A stretch of 64,000 nt of DNA, taken from an uncultured Gammaproteobacteria bacterium (GTDB lineage Bacteria > Patescibacteriota > Microgenomatia > 2-02-FULL-39-11). The notes below the pieces were generated by a model. That model saw nothing but the letters and a program-made list of their open reading frames with translations. It had not been told where the DNA came from and did no database searches. The stretch lies in assembly GCA_964544585.1 (NCBI GenBank), contig CAZJBV010000002.1:67468-131467 (forward strand), in the 5' to 3' direction. Both the position numbers and the translations under genes were made by a program. Positions 50,070-59,533 of this stretch are shown here, piece after piece (position 1 is the first letter of the stretch; every line of letters starts with the position of its first letter).

Positions 50070-51301
50070 AAATTCTAATGCTCACTCCCTACCTTCCTTA
50101 CCCACTCCTCTCAGGTGGACAAATAAGAACATACAATCTTTTAAAAAATCTTGCCAAAAAGCACGACATCACCCTATTCTCATTTATAAGGCTTGAATCA
50201 GAAAAAAAATATATTCCTGAACTGCTAAAATTTTGCCAAAACGTTAGTACATTTAAACGACGTCCTGCATGGTCACATATAAACATCGCTTTATCTCTCC
50301 TCACCCCATTTCCTTTTTTGGTTTCCATTTATTATTCCCGCACACTACGCCGCGCTATTCAAAAGGAACTTCATAAAAACCATTATCATCTCATCCACTC
50401 CGAAACATTTTATGTCATGCCCAATATTCCTAAAACAACTGTTCCCATCCTTCTTGTGGAACAGACAATTGAATTTCTCGTCTACCAGCATTTCGTAGAA
50501 AATATTAAAATTCCTTTAAACCTCCTCTTATCCATCGACGTTGCCAAAATTCGCTTTTGGGAAAAATATTACTGGCGAAAAGCTGATAAAGTTGTGGCCA
50601 TGTCCAAAGCCGATGCCGACGTCATGGAAAAATTATCTCCTCACTTAGACGTCGATATCGTCCCCAATGGAGTCGACACCGATGAGTTTTTTAAAATCCA
50701 AAAGAAAAAAACGCGGGCTAAAACCATATTATTCGTCGGTAATTTTAAATGGCTACAAAATAAAGAAGCAGTGAAACTTTTAGTTGAAAAGATCTTTTCC
50801 CTGATTCATAAAAAACTACCAGAAGTCAAACTCTGGATAGTAGGCCGGTATCCTCCCTGGGAAATTAAAAAATATGAAAGCGGCAATATAAAAGTTTCAG
50901 ATAATATCGACGACATTAAAATAGCTTATGGTAACTCTGACGTACTTTTGGCCCCCATCTACGGACCGGGTGGCACCCGGTACAAAATTCTCGAGGCCAT
51001 GGCCGCGGGTCTTCCGGTAGTAACTACTACTCGTGGAATAGAAGGTCTCAACGCCAAAGACGGTACAGATGTCTTAGTCCGCGATTCAGTCGAAAGTCTA
51101 GCCAAGGCTACGATTGATGTCCTTATCAAAGAGAATCTTGCAAATAAATTGGCCACAAATGGTAAAAAGCTCATCGCCCAAAATTATGACTGGAAAGAAA
51201 TATCGCAAAAACTTGACAATCTCTACGAAGAAGTCGCCTCAAAACACCTCCGAGGTGTGCGCATGCACTCCTCGGAGGTGGAGGAATCTGGAAAAAGTTG
51301 A
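50066..51301 (+). CDS. GT4 glycosyltransferase with a repeat-derived C-terminal tail
   Basis: PYPLLSGGQIR, VPNGVD, GTRYKILEAMAAG motifs. Confidence 0.88.
   Translation: MKILMLTPYLPYPLLSGGQIRTYNLLKNLAKKHDITLFSFIRLESEKKYIPELLKFCQNVSTFKRRPAWSHINIALSLLTPFPFLVSIYYSRTLRRAIQKELHKNHYHLIHSETFYVMPNIPKTTVPILLVEQTIEFLVYQHFVENIKIPLNLLLSIDVAKIRFWEKYYWRKADKVVAMSKADADVMEKLSPHLDVDIVPNGVDTDEFFKIQKKKTRAKTILFVGNFKWLQNKEAVKLLVEKIFSLIHKKLPEVKLWIVGRYPPWEIKKYESGNIKVSDNIDDIKIAYGNSDVLLAPIYGPGGTRYKILEAMAAGLPVVTTTRGIEGLNAKDGTDVLVRDSVESLAKATIDVLIKENLANKLATNGKKLIAQNYDWKEISQKLDNLYEEVASKHLRGVRMHSSEVEESGKS
51245..51280. repeat. Empty 36-bp hairpin element, in frame at the GT4 C-terminus
   Basis: CACCTCCGAGG-TGTGCGCATGCACT-CCTCGGAGGTG with perfect 11-bp arms. 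Confidence 0.92.
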
Positions 51302-51311
51302 TTAATTATAT

Positions 51312-52208
51312 ATGAAACTCTCAATCATCATCGTCAATTTTAATTCAGGAAAATATTTAAAAGAATGTTTGGAGTCCATTAAAAAATCTACTCTTTCACC
51401 AAATGACTATGAGGTAACAATCGTTGATAATGATTCGACAGATTCATCTTTAAAACAAGGCCTAAATGTCCAATTTTCATCTCTCCATCTTGTCAAAAAT
51501 GGCAAAAATGTCGGCTTCTCCAAGGCCAACAATCAAGGCATCAAAAAATCAGGTGGTGATTATATCCTCCTTTTAAATCCGGACACTTTACTTCAAAAAA
51601 ACACCTTAAAAATTATGATAGATTACATGGATAATAATCCAAACGTCGGAGTCTCCACTTGTAAATTACTTCTTCCAGATGGTTCATTAGATGACGCCTG
51701 TCACCGAGGTTTTCCTACTCCCTGGAATGCCTTCTGTCATTTTTCCGGAATCTCAAGTTTTTTTCCCAAAAGTAAATTCCTCAATGGTTATCATCTTGGC
51801 TACAGTAATTTAGATAAAATTCATGAAATAGACAGTTGTGTCGGTGCATTTATGCTCATCCGCAAAACAGTCGGTGAATCTCTCGGCTGGCTCGACGAAG
51901 ACTATTTTTGGTACGGAGAGGATATTGATTTTTGCTTTCGGGTAAAAGAAAAAGGCTCCACAGTAATGTTTGTTCCCACTACTTCAATCGTACACCACAA
52001 AGGCATCTCCAGTGGCATCAAAAATCACTCTAAAGATATTTCAACCGCAGACGAAACAACCCGCCTCCGCGCCTCCCACTCCCGCTTCGACGTCATGAGA
52101 ATTTTTTATAAAAAACACTATCAACACAGATACCCATTCTTATTGACAACTCTGGTTCTAAGCGGTATTAGATTAAAGCAACTTGCAAATAAATACGCAA
52201 ATCTATGA
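51312..52208 (+). CDS. GT2 glycosyltransferase (rhamnosyltransferase-like)
   Basis: SIIIVNFN, GFSKANN, LLNPD, YGEDIDFC motifs. Confidence 0.88.
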   Translation: MKLSIIIVNFNSGKYLKECLESIKKSTLSPNDYEVTIVDNDSTDSSLKQGLNVQFSSLHLVKNGKNVGFSKANNQGIKKSGGDYILLLNPDTLLQKNTLKIMIDYMDNNPNVGVSTCKLLLPDGSLDDACHRGFPTPWNAFCHFSGISSFFPKSKFLNGYHLGYSNLDKIHEIDSCVGAFMLIRKTVGESLGWLDEDYFWYGEDIDFCFRVKEKGSTVMFVPTTSIVHHKGISSGIKNHSKDISTADETTRLRASHSRFDVMRIFYKKHYQHRYPFLLTTLVLSGIRLKQLANKYANL

Positions 52209-52915
52209 AATTTCTCATCTTTCAGCACGTCCATAACGAATCTCCCGGCTTTATAAGCGATTGGGCCAAAAAACGCAATATAAAACTCGATATCATTAAA
52301 GTCTGGAAACCTTACAAAGCGCCTCCAATTGGAAAACACGACGCTTTAATAGTCATGGGTGGGCCTATGGAAGTCTATCATGGTCCAGATAAGTATCCAT
52401 CAAAAGAGGATGAATTAAATTTTATAAAAAAGGCGATGGGGAAAATACCCATAATAGGATTTTGTCTGGGTTCTCAATTACTTGCTCATTCGCTCGGTGC
52501 AGACGTGCACAAAAATATTATTAATGGAAAATGGATCAAAGAAATAGGTTTCTACCACATAACTCTCACCAAAGAAGGACTAAAAAACCCCATTTTTAAA
52601 GGATTTCCCCCCAAAATAAAAGTACTCCAATGGCATGGGGGGGCGTTTGATCTACCTAAAAAATCTATTCTTCTGGCCACATCTCCCCTCTGCCAAAATC
52701 AGGTGTTTTCATACAAAAATGCATTTGGTTTTCTTTGTCACTTTGAATTTACTCCCCAAATGATCAAAACCCAAATAAAAAATGACCGAAAATGGATACA
52801 TGAAGAATTTGATATGGATGAGAAAAAATTACTCCGAGAGGCCGAAGAATACAAAATCCTCATGAAATCCCAATGCTTTCGATTTATGGATAGTTTTTTG
52901 GCAAACTTAAAATAA
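52205..52915 (+). CDS. Type 1 glutamine amidotransferase
   Basis: MGGP, GFCLGSQ (catalytic Cys), QWHG, CHFE (His-x-Glu) motifs. Confidence 0.88.
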   Translation: MKFLIFQHVHNESPGFISDWAKKRNIKLDIIKVWKPYKAPPIGKHDALIVMGGPMEVYHGPDKYPSKEDELNFIKKAMGKIPIIGFCLGSQLLAHSLGADVHKNIINGKWIKEIGFYHITLTKEGLKNPIFKGFPPKIKVLQWHGGAFDLPKKSILLATSPLCQNQVFSYKNAFGFLCHFEFTPQMIKTQIKNDRKWIHEEFDMDEKKLLREAEEYKILMKSQCFRFMDSFLANLK

Positions 52916-52932
52916 ATGTATAATATAGCTAT

Positions 52933-54048
52933 ATGCGTATTGGTATTGATGCTAGGCTCTGGAATGAGACTGGGGTAGGCAGGTATATTAGAAGTATATT
53001 TGAATATCTACCTCAAGTAGATGACAAAAATGAATATATTTGGTTTTTCCGTCAAAAAGAATTCAATGAAATAAAGTTTCCCCTTCCTCACTGGAAAAAA
53101 ACACTCGCCGATATCCGCTGGCATTCACTAAAAGAGCAGCTTTTACTCCCTAAAATATTCACAAAAGAGCAGCTTGATCTTCTTCACTTTCCTTACTTTT
53201 CCTTCCCCATTTTCTACAAAGGAAAGTTTGTTATTACTATCCACGATCTTATTTTTGACCACTACAAATCAGGTAGAGCCTCGACCCTTCCTTATCCCAT
53301 TTATCTCATAAAAAAAATCGGCTACCATTTCATCCTCCAAAAAGCCATAGATAAGGCCTCCAAAATAATCACCATTTCCGAAAATTCAAAGCACGAGATT
53401 ATTAATCATTATCATGCAGATCCCGGAAAAATCGTCGTCACCTACGAATCTGGATCTCTGGAAATTCCCGAAAATGCAACAAGCAATAATTCCAAAATCA
53501 AAAAACAAAAACCCTATATTCTTTACGTCGGCAATGCCCATCCCCACAAAAATGTCGAATCTCTTATTAATTCAATGTCGCTTATTCGTAAAAGACTTCC
53601 CAAACTAAAACTTATTATTATTGGTTCCGACAATTTCTTTTTCCCAAAATTAGCCAATTATATAAAAGTTCAAAAAATGCAAAATGCCGCTATATTAATC
53701 GGAGAAGTCCCAAATCAAAAATTGAGCCTTTGGTACCAAAACGCCGAATGCTTTGTTTCCGCCTCTTACATGGAAGGATTCGGCATTCCTATTCTTGAAT
53801 CCATGTCAGTCGGCTGTCCGACCGTTCTTTCTGATATCCCCATCTTTCACGAAATAGCTGGGCCTGCGGCAGCTTATTTTGATCCAGAGAGTCCCCAATC
53901 GATAGCAAATAAAATCGTCGAAGTGGTAAAAAACCTCAATACCCGAAAAAATCTACAGCAAAAAGGGTATGAAAGACTAAAACTTTTTTCTTGGAGAAAG
54001 ATGGTAGAAGAGACAGTATCAATCTACAAAGATGTGGGGAATAAATAA
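52933..54048 (+). CDS. GT4 glycosyltransferase
   Basis: IGIDAR...GVGRY, TIHDL, VGNAHPHKN, EGFGIPILE motifs. Confidence 0.9.
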   Translation: MRIGIDARLWNETGVGRYIRSIFEYLPQVDDKNEYIWFFRQKEFNEIKFPLPHWKKTLADIRWHSLKEQLLLPKIFTKEQLDLLHFPYFSFPIFYKGKFVITIHDLIFDHYKSGRASTLPYPIYLIKKIGYHFILQKAIDKASKIITISENSKHEIINHYHADPGKIVVTYESGSLEIPENATSNNSKIKKQKPYILYVGNAHPHKNVESLINSMSLIRKRLPKLKLIIIGSDNFFFPKLANYIKVQKMQNAAILIGEVPNQKLSLWYQNAECFVSASYMEGFGIPILESMSVGCPTVLSDIPIFHEIAGPAAAYFDPESPQSIANKIVEVVKNLNTRKNLQQKGYERLKLFSWRKMVEETVSIYKDVGNK

Positions 54049-55148
54049 TGAAAGTTGTTCTTGTCTATGACAGGATAAATAAATTCGGCGGAGCCGAAAG
54101 AATTCTTCTTGCCCTTCACGAAATCTTTCCCTCGGCCCCCTTATATACGGCAGTATACGACGAAAAAAAAGCACCATGGGCCAAAATCTTCTCCCAAATT
54201 AATCCCTCTTTTTTACAAAAATTCCCACTCGCCAAATCCCACCATGAACTCTATCCCTATCTTATGCCTCTTGCCTTCGAAACATTTGACTTTGCCAATT
54301 TCGATATCGTAATTTCAGTTACCTCAGAGGCAGCCAAAGGAATAATTACCCGTCCACCTACGGTTCACATAAGCTACATACTTACCCCAACGCGCTATAT
54401 TTGGAGCGGGGAAAAGGACTATTTACAAAATCCAGGTTTTGGCCCAATCGATCCTTTATTGAAATTATTATTGCCAACACTTTTTGCCAAGTTAAGACCT
54501 ATCGACTACATTCTCGCACATCGTCCGGATAAACTTATAGCCATATCAAATAATGTAATGAATAGAATTAAAAAGTATTACCACCGCGATGCAGACGTCT
54601 TATATCCACCAATAGATACAGATTTCTTTCGTCCTAAACTCCGGAAAATTCGAACTAACTATTTCCTTCTTGTTTCTCGTCTGGTTCCTTATAAAAGGGT
54701 AGACGTTGCCATCCAAGCCTTCAATAGACTAAAATATAAGCTTGTAATCATCGGAACCGGATCCGAGAAGGATAGACTCAAAAAACTCGCCAATAAAAAT
54801 ATTCAATTCGTCGGCAGTTTGACAGACGAGAAGCTTCTAGGCTACTATCAAGATTGTATTGCTCTTATATTTACGTCAGATGAAGATTTAGGTTTGGTAC
54901 CAATCGAAGCCCAAAGTTGCGGCAAACCAGTGGTGGCCCTTAAAGGTGGGGGAGCTCTCGAGACTGTTATAGAAGGGAATACTGGCGAATTTTATGACAA
55001 GCAAGTTCCCGACAGCCTTACAAAAACCATAAATCGATTTTTAAAAAAATCATATTCGCCCGACGATTGTCGCAATAATGCTTTAAGATTTAATAAAGAG
55101 AGATTTAAAAAAGAATTTTCTATTATGATTAAAAAAATAAAAATATGA
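54048..55148 (+). CDS. GT4 glycosyltransferase (WbaZ-like mannosyltransferase)
   Basis: GGAER, TPTRY, SRLVPYKR, EDLGLVPIEAQSCG motifs. Confidence 0.88.
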   Translation: MKVVLVYDRINKFGGAERILLALHEIFPSAPLYTAVYDEKKAPWAKIFSQINPSFLQKFPLAKSHHELYPYLMPLAFETFDFANFDIVISVTSEAAKGIITRPPTVHISYILTPTRYIWSGEKDYLQNPGFGPIDPLLKLLLPTLFAKLRPIDYILAHRPDKLIAISNNVMNRIKKYYHRDADVLYPPIDTDFFRPKLRKIRTNYFLLVSRLVPYKRVDVAIQAFNRLKYKLVIIGTGSEKDRLKKLANKNIQFVGSLTDEKLLGYYQDCIALIFTSDEDLGLVPIEAQSCGKPVVALKGGGALETVIEGNTGEFYDKQVPDSLTKTINRFLKKSYSPDDCRNNALRFNKERFKKEFSIMIKKIKI

Positions 55149-56227
55149 GATTTGTCATTTTTGCAGGAGGAGTTGGCACCAGACTTTGGCCCCTATCGCG
55201 TAAAAAATCTCCCAAACAGTTTGAAAAAGTATTAGGAGACAAATCTACTTTAGAGCTTACTGTAGAAAGAATTCTTCCTTTATCCTCGTGGGATGACATT
55301 TATCTCGCCACCGGTAGTCGTTACACCGAATTGGTTAAAAAAATTCTCCCTGGCCTTCTCCTAGAAAATATTATTGGAGAACCTGAGATGAGAGACGTCG
55401 GTCCGGCCGTGGGACTCATGGTGTCCATTTTAGCAAAAACTTCACCCCACGACCCAATTGCCATCATCTGGAGCGACCATATTATCAAAAATGAGAATAT
55501 TTTTCACAATTGTTTAAAAACGGCAGAAACATTGGTATCACAGAAAAAGGCAAATTTGGTCTTTATCACTCAAAAAGCCAGGTTCCCAAGCCAAAACCTA
55601 GGCTGGATAGAATATGGCCATAAGATTGCCAAAGTTTCGGATGTAGAAATTTATGAATTTAAAAGTTTAACATATAGACCCGATTTAGGTCTTGCCCAAA
55701 ATTTTTTTAGCAGCGGACATCACGCCTGGAATGTGGGTTATTTTGTCACTACCCCGGTATTTTTGTTGGAAAAATATCGTCAGTTTAATCCAGATCTTTA
55801 TAGTGGCCTGAAAAAAATCCAGGAATCGTTTGCGACCTCTTCTTTTACAAAAGTGCTGCGGCAAATCTATCCCAAACTCGAAAAGATTTCTTTTGACGAA
55901 GCTATTCTTTCAAAGTTGGCTCCAAAAGAGGCGCTTGTCTTGGCCGAAGAACTTGGCTGGAGCGACGTCGGCGCCTGGGAGGCTCTAAAAGAAGCGCTTC
56001 AAACTTCTCCAGATCAAAATGTCGTCCAAGGAAAAGTACTAGTTGAAGGAAGCAAAGACAGTCTAATTTATAATTACACCAATCAAATGATCGTATCCAT
56101 CGACCTAAATGGTCTTTTGGTCGTCAATACCAAAGACGTCCTTCTCATCTGCCATAAAAATTCCGTCCCCAAAATAAAAAAAGTTGTCGAAAGTTTACAA
56201 GGCAGTAAAAACGACCATCTGACATAA
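55145..56227 (+). CDS. manC: Mannose-1-phosphate guanylyltransferase-like (no C-terminal PMI domain)
   Basis: AGGVGTRLWPLSRKKSPKQF, EP..RD, SDH, WN.G, ISFD, WSDVGAW motifs. Confidence 0.85.
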   Translation: MRFVIFAGGVGTRLWPLSRKKSPKQFEKVLGDKSTLELTVERILPLSSWDDIYLATGSRYTELVKKILPGLLLENIIGEPEMRDVGPAVGLMVSILAKTSPHDPIAIIWSDHIIKNENIFHNCLKTAETLVSQKKANLVFITQKARFPSQNLGWIEYGHKIAKVSDVEIYEFKSLTYRPDLGLAQNFFSSGHHAWNVGYFVTTPVFLLEKYRQFNPDLYSGLKKIQESFATSSFTKVLRQIYPKLEKISFDEAILSKLAPKEALVLAEELGWSDVGAWEALKEALQTSPDQNVVQGKVLVEGSKDSLIYNYTNQMIVSIDLNGLLVVNTKDVLLICHKNSVPKIKKVVESLQGSKNDHLT

Positions 56228-56233
56228 TACATA

Positions 56234-56890
56234 ATGTTTATTAAAGGTAAATTATACGATGCTACCCTAAAGCGTCTCGTCGACATTATCGGCGCATCTC
56301 TACTTCTTATTGTATTCTCGCCAGTATGCGCCATTATTGCCATCATGATAAAAATTGATTCCCATGGTCCAATTTTGGCCGATACTCCGCAAAGAGTAGG
56401 TAAGGGTGGCAAACTTTTTAAAATGTACAAATTCCGCTCCATGATCAATAAAGCCCACGATATTTTAAGAAAAGATCCAGATTATAAAAATCTCTACGAA
56501 CAGTACAAAAGAAATAGCTATAAGTTATTAAAAGATCCCCGCGTGACACTCATAGGACGATTTATTAGAAAGCATTCGCTGGATGAGATTCCCCAACTTA
56601 TAAATATTTTAAAGGGAGATATGAGCCTGGTAGGACCTCGGGCTTATTATCCCGACGAACTGCAAAATCAGCAAAAAAAATATCCCCATACTAGAGATAT
56701 GGTCAAGGAAGTGCTTTCCATAAAACCAGGCATTACCGGTTATTGGCAAGTATCTGGAAGAAGCGAAGTAAATTTCGATAAAAGAATTGCCATGGATAGA
56801 GATTACGTACAAAGGCGATCCCTTCTCTATGATTTAAAGATCCTCCTGAAGACTCCCTGGGCAATGATTTCTGGCAAAGGAGCAGTCTAA
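56234..56890 (+). CDS. Priming polyprenyl-phosphate phosphoglycosyl transferase (Bac_transf)
   Basis: KRLVDI, YKFRSM, DPRVT, SLDEIPQ, MSLVGPR, PGITGYWQ motifs. Confidence 0.93.
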   Translation: MFIKGKLYDATLKRLVDIIGASLLLIVFSPVCAIIAIMIKIDSHGPILADTPQRVGKGGKLFKMYKFRSMINKAHDILRKDPDYKNLYEQYKRNSYKLLKDPRVTLIGRFIRKHSLDEIPQLINILKGDMSLVGPRAYYPDELQNQQKKYPHTRDMVKEVLSIKPGITGYWQVSGRSEVNFDKRIAMDRDYVQRRSLLYDLKILLKTPWAMISGKGAV

Positions 56891-56892
56891 AT

Positions 56893-56922
56893 TTGACTTT
56901 ATTTCCAACTATTAGCTAAAAT
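56893..56922 (+). promoter_or_regulatory. Candidate sigma70 promoter for the DUF4012-like gene
   Basis: TTGACT-N18-TAAAAT in the intergenic gap. Confidence 0.5.
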
Positions 56923-56941
56923 ATATTTTTATTCCCTACCC

Positions 56942-58939
56942 ATGCCCATTAATGACGGTTTCTCAAAAATAAATGTAGAAACTACTCCACCGGAGAACCA
57001 ACCCGCGGCAGAAATACAGGCAAATCAAAATAAAATTGAAAATCCTGTCAAAGAGTCAAAAATTGAAATGAAAAAGACACCCAGACTACCAATCCCCAAA
57101 AAATTTCTCCTTATTCCGGCAGCATTTATTCTTTTTATCATCTTTCTTATCGGAGTAACCATTATAATGGGTAGGGATTTTTACTATTCCGTAAAAAAAG
57201 TCCAAACAACAGGTAGAGAAGCCCTTGCCGCCGCTAAAACCCAAAATCTAGATGAAACCCAAAAAAAATTTAAACAGTTGGAACTAGAAATTGTCGATGC
57301 CCAAAACAATTACCAGAAGCTAGCTTTCTTAGGATATATTCCTCTTATCAACGCCTACTATAATGATGGTCGCCACGCTCTAAATGCCGGCCTAAACGGC
57401 GTCCAGGCAGGCATAATATCGGTTTCGGCCGTTACTCCCTATGCCGATCTTTTAGGCCTCAAAGGCAAATCTAAATTTGTCTCCGGCTCAGCAGATCAGC
57501 GCATTCAAACAGCGGTCAAAACCTTGGACAAAGTGACTCCACAGATTGGCAAAATATCAGAAAAAATTGCCGTTGTCAAAAATGAACTCGACGAAATAGA
57601 CCCCAATCGCTATCCGGAAAAAATCGGCAATACCAGTGTTAAACCACGTCTGATATCCTATCGCGAACTTTTTGATAATACCGCCAATTTATTTTTAAAC
57701 GCCACTCCACTTTTGGAAGAGTTGCCCAAACTTCTAGGAGAGCCAAAGCCAAAGCGATATCTAGTTCTTTTTCAAAACGATAAAGAACTTCGCCCCACAG
57801 GAGGCTTTATCACGGCCTATGCCGTATTCAAAGTCGAAGGTGGAAAACTCACCGTTGAAAAATCTGATGATATTTATAAACTCGACGAAATGAAACCAAA
57901 AAAATTCCCTGCTCCGCCCGAAATCCTTAAATACCATAAGGGAGTCTATTCTCTCGAACTTCGTGATAGCAACCTTTCCCCTGACTTTGATACCTCGATG
58001 AAAAAATTTGAAGAACTATTATCTTCAGTCGATGGATTTCCCGAATATGATGGAATCATCGCTCTCGATACTCATGTTTTAGTATCATCAGTGGAAATTT
58101 TAGGCGAATTTAATATTGCTGGAAGAAAATTCTCGGCAGAAATTGACGAACGCTGCGATTGTCCCAAAGTAGTTTATGAATTGGAAGACTATGCCACTCG
58201 TCCGGTTGCATATGTCAGGGCAGACCGAAAAGATATAATATCGACCCTCCTTTATGAAATTATGCAGAGAGCTCTTGGCGTTTCTCCTTCACAATATTGG
58301 GGCAGGCTTTTCCAGATGGGGCTAGAGGAAATGGAACAAAAACACATCCTTTTTGCCCTCAAAGATGCCAAAGCTCAAAAAGGTATCGAAAACCTCAATT
58401 TTGGCGGCCACATCAAGGCTTTTGACGGAAATTATCTGCACATCAACGACGCTAATATGGCGGGCGCCAAATCAAATCTTTTTGTCAAAGAATCCATAGA
58501 TTATGACTTGAACGTTGACGGAAATGGACAGGGGACTGTCACTCTTACCATAGATTATAAAAATCCCGCTCCTCCTTCAGACTGTAACCTAGAATCTGGC
58601 GGTCTTTGTCTCAATGGACTTCTTAGAAATTGGGTTCGCATTTATGTCCCCAAAGGCTCCCAGCTTATAGAATTTAAGGGATCAGAAGTGGATACTACAT
58701 CTTATACGGATCTTGGTCATACCGTCTTTGAAGGCTTCCTCACCGTCAAACCTCAAGGATCGGGAAAATTAACCGTCAAATATAAACTCCCAAGTAAAAT
58801 TGAAAGTGGCATAGACCTACCACTTCTAATTCAAAAACAGCCCGGAACCAATGGCAATAAGTACACTATCAAAGTCAATGGTCGTCAAATTGACAAATTT
58901 CCTCTCCTGACAGATAAAAAGATAATATACAAAATATAA
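56942..58939 (+). CDS. DUF4012-like single-TM extracytoplasmic protein
   Basis: One N-terminal TM; YLVLFQNDKELRPTGGF, LRDSNLSPDF, DGIIA, KSN, QKQPG motifs. Confidence 0.8.
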   Translation: MPINDGFSKINVETTPPENQPAAEIQANQNKIENPVKESKIEMKKTPRLPIPKKFLLIPAAFILFIIFLIGVTIIMGRDFYYSVKKVQTTGREALAAAKTQNLDETQKKFKQLELEIVDAQNNYQKLAFLGYIPLINAYYNDGRHALNAGLNGVQAGIISVSAVTPYADLLGLKGKSKFVSGSADQRIQTAVKTLDKVTPQIGKISEKIAVVKNELDEIDPNRYPEKIGNTSVKPRLISYRELFDNTANLFLNATPLLEELPKLLGEPKPKRYLVLFQNDKELRPTGGFITAYAVFKVEGGKLTVEKSDDIYKLDEMKPKKFPAPPEILKYHKGVYSLELRDSNLSPDFDTSMKKFEELLSSVDGFPEYDGIIALDTHVLVSSVEILGEFNIAGRKFSAEIDERCDCPKVVYELEDYATRPVAYVRADRKDIISTLLYEIMQRALGVSPSQYWGRLFQMGLEEMEQKHILFALKDAKAQKGIENLNFGGHIKAFDGNYLHINDANMAGAKSNLFVKESIDYDLNVDGNGQGTVTLTIDYKNPAPPSDCNLESGGLCLNGLLRNWVRIYVPKGSQLIEFKGSEVDTTSYTDLGHTVFEGFLTVKPQGSGKLTVKYKLPSKIESGIDLPLLIQKQPGTNGNKYTIKVNGRQIDKFPLLTDKKIIYKI

Positions 58940-58942
58940 CCA

Positions 58943-59497
58943 ATGTCCCGTTACTCCTGCGAATGTATTATTCTCAAAAGACAAAATTTTGGTGAAGGCG
59001 ATAAAATAATCACAGTTTTTGCCAAGAAATTCGGCAAAATGAAAGTTTTGGCAAAAGGAATCCGTAAAATCTACAGTCGCCGTGCTCCTCACCTCGAACT
59101 TTTCAATCAAACCCGTTTACACCTTTATAAAGGCAAAAACTTTGATATCATCACCGAGGCAGAAAACGTCAGCGTCAACGAAAATCTAAAAAAGGATATT
59201 AATAAAATTGCCACGGCCTATTTTTTAGTCGAAATTGTTGACAGACTTTGTCCCGAGGGGGTTGTTCATGATGATATCTACGCCTCTCTTGTCAATGCAT
59301 TAACGCTATTAAATCATAATAGACCCGAAGACCAAAACCTCATCAAGGATGCTTTTGCCAATAATTTACTCCATTATTTGGGCTTTTTACCCTTCAGTCA
59401 AAACCTAAAAGGCACCACACTCGTAAATTATATAGAATCCATTTTGGAAGGTCGCCTCAAGACTCCCGGCATCTTGACAAAAGTTGCTCAAGATTAG
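58943..59497 (+). CDS. recO: DNA repair protein RecO (short form)
   Basis: IILKRQNFGEGDKIITVF, GKMKVLAKGIRK..SRR motifs. Confidence 0.9.
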   Translation: MSRYSCECIILKRQNFGEGDKIITVFAKKFGKMKVLAKGIRKIYSRRAPHLELFNQTRLHLYKGKNFDIITEAENVSVNENLKKDINKIATAYFLVEIVDRLCPEGVVHDDIYASLVNALTLLNHNRPEDQNLIKDAFANNLLHYLGFLPFSQNLKGTTLVNYIESILEGRLKTPGILTKVAQD

Positions 59498-59527
59498 TAT
59501 AGTCGAATTTCAAATTTAGAGTATACT
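59474..59527 (+). promoter_or_regulatory. Candidate promoter(s) for glyQS
   Basis: TTGACA (59474)-N18-TATAGT; a second -10-like TATACT at 59522. Confidence 0.45.
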
Positions 59528-59533
59528 TAAATT

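Noticed and set aside
53488-53511. Possible heptamer array AATTCCA AAATCAA AAAACAA
   Set aside because: A-rich, low-complexity Lys/Asn coding explains it equally well.
59090-59098. CACCTCGAA matching the left arm of the hairpin element
   Set aside because: There is no partner arm, and it encodes ordinary RecO sequence (HLE); likely chance.
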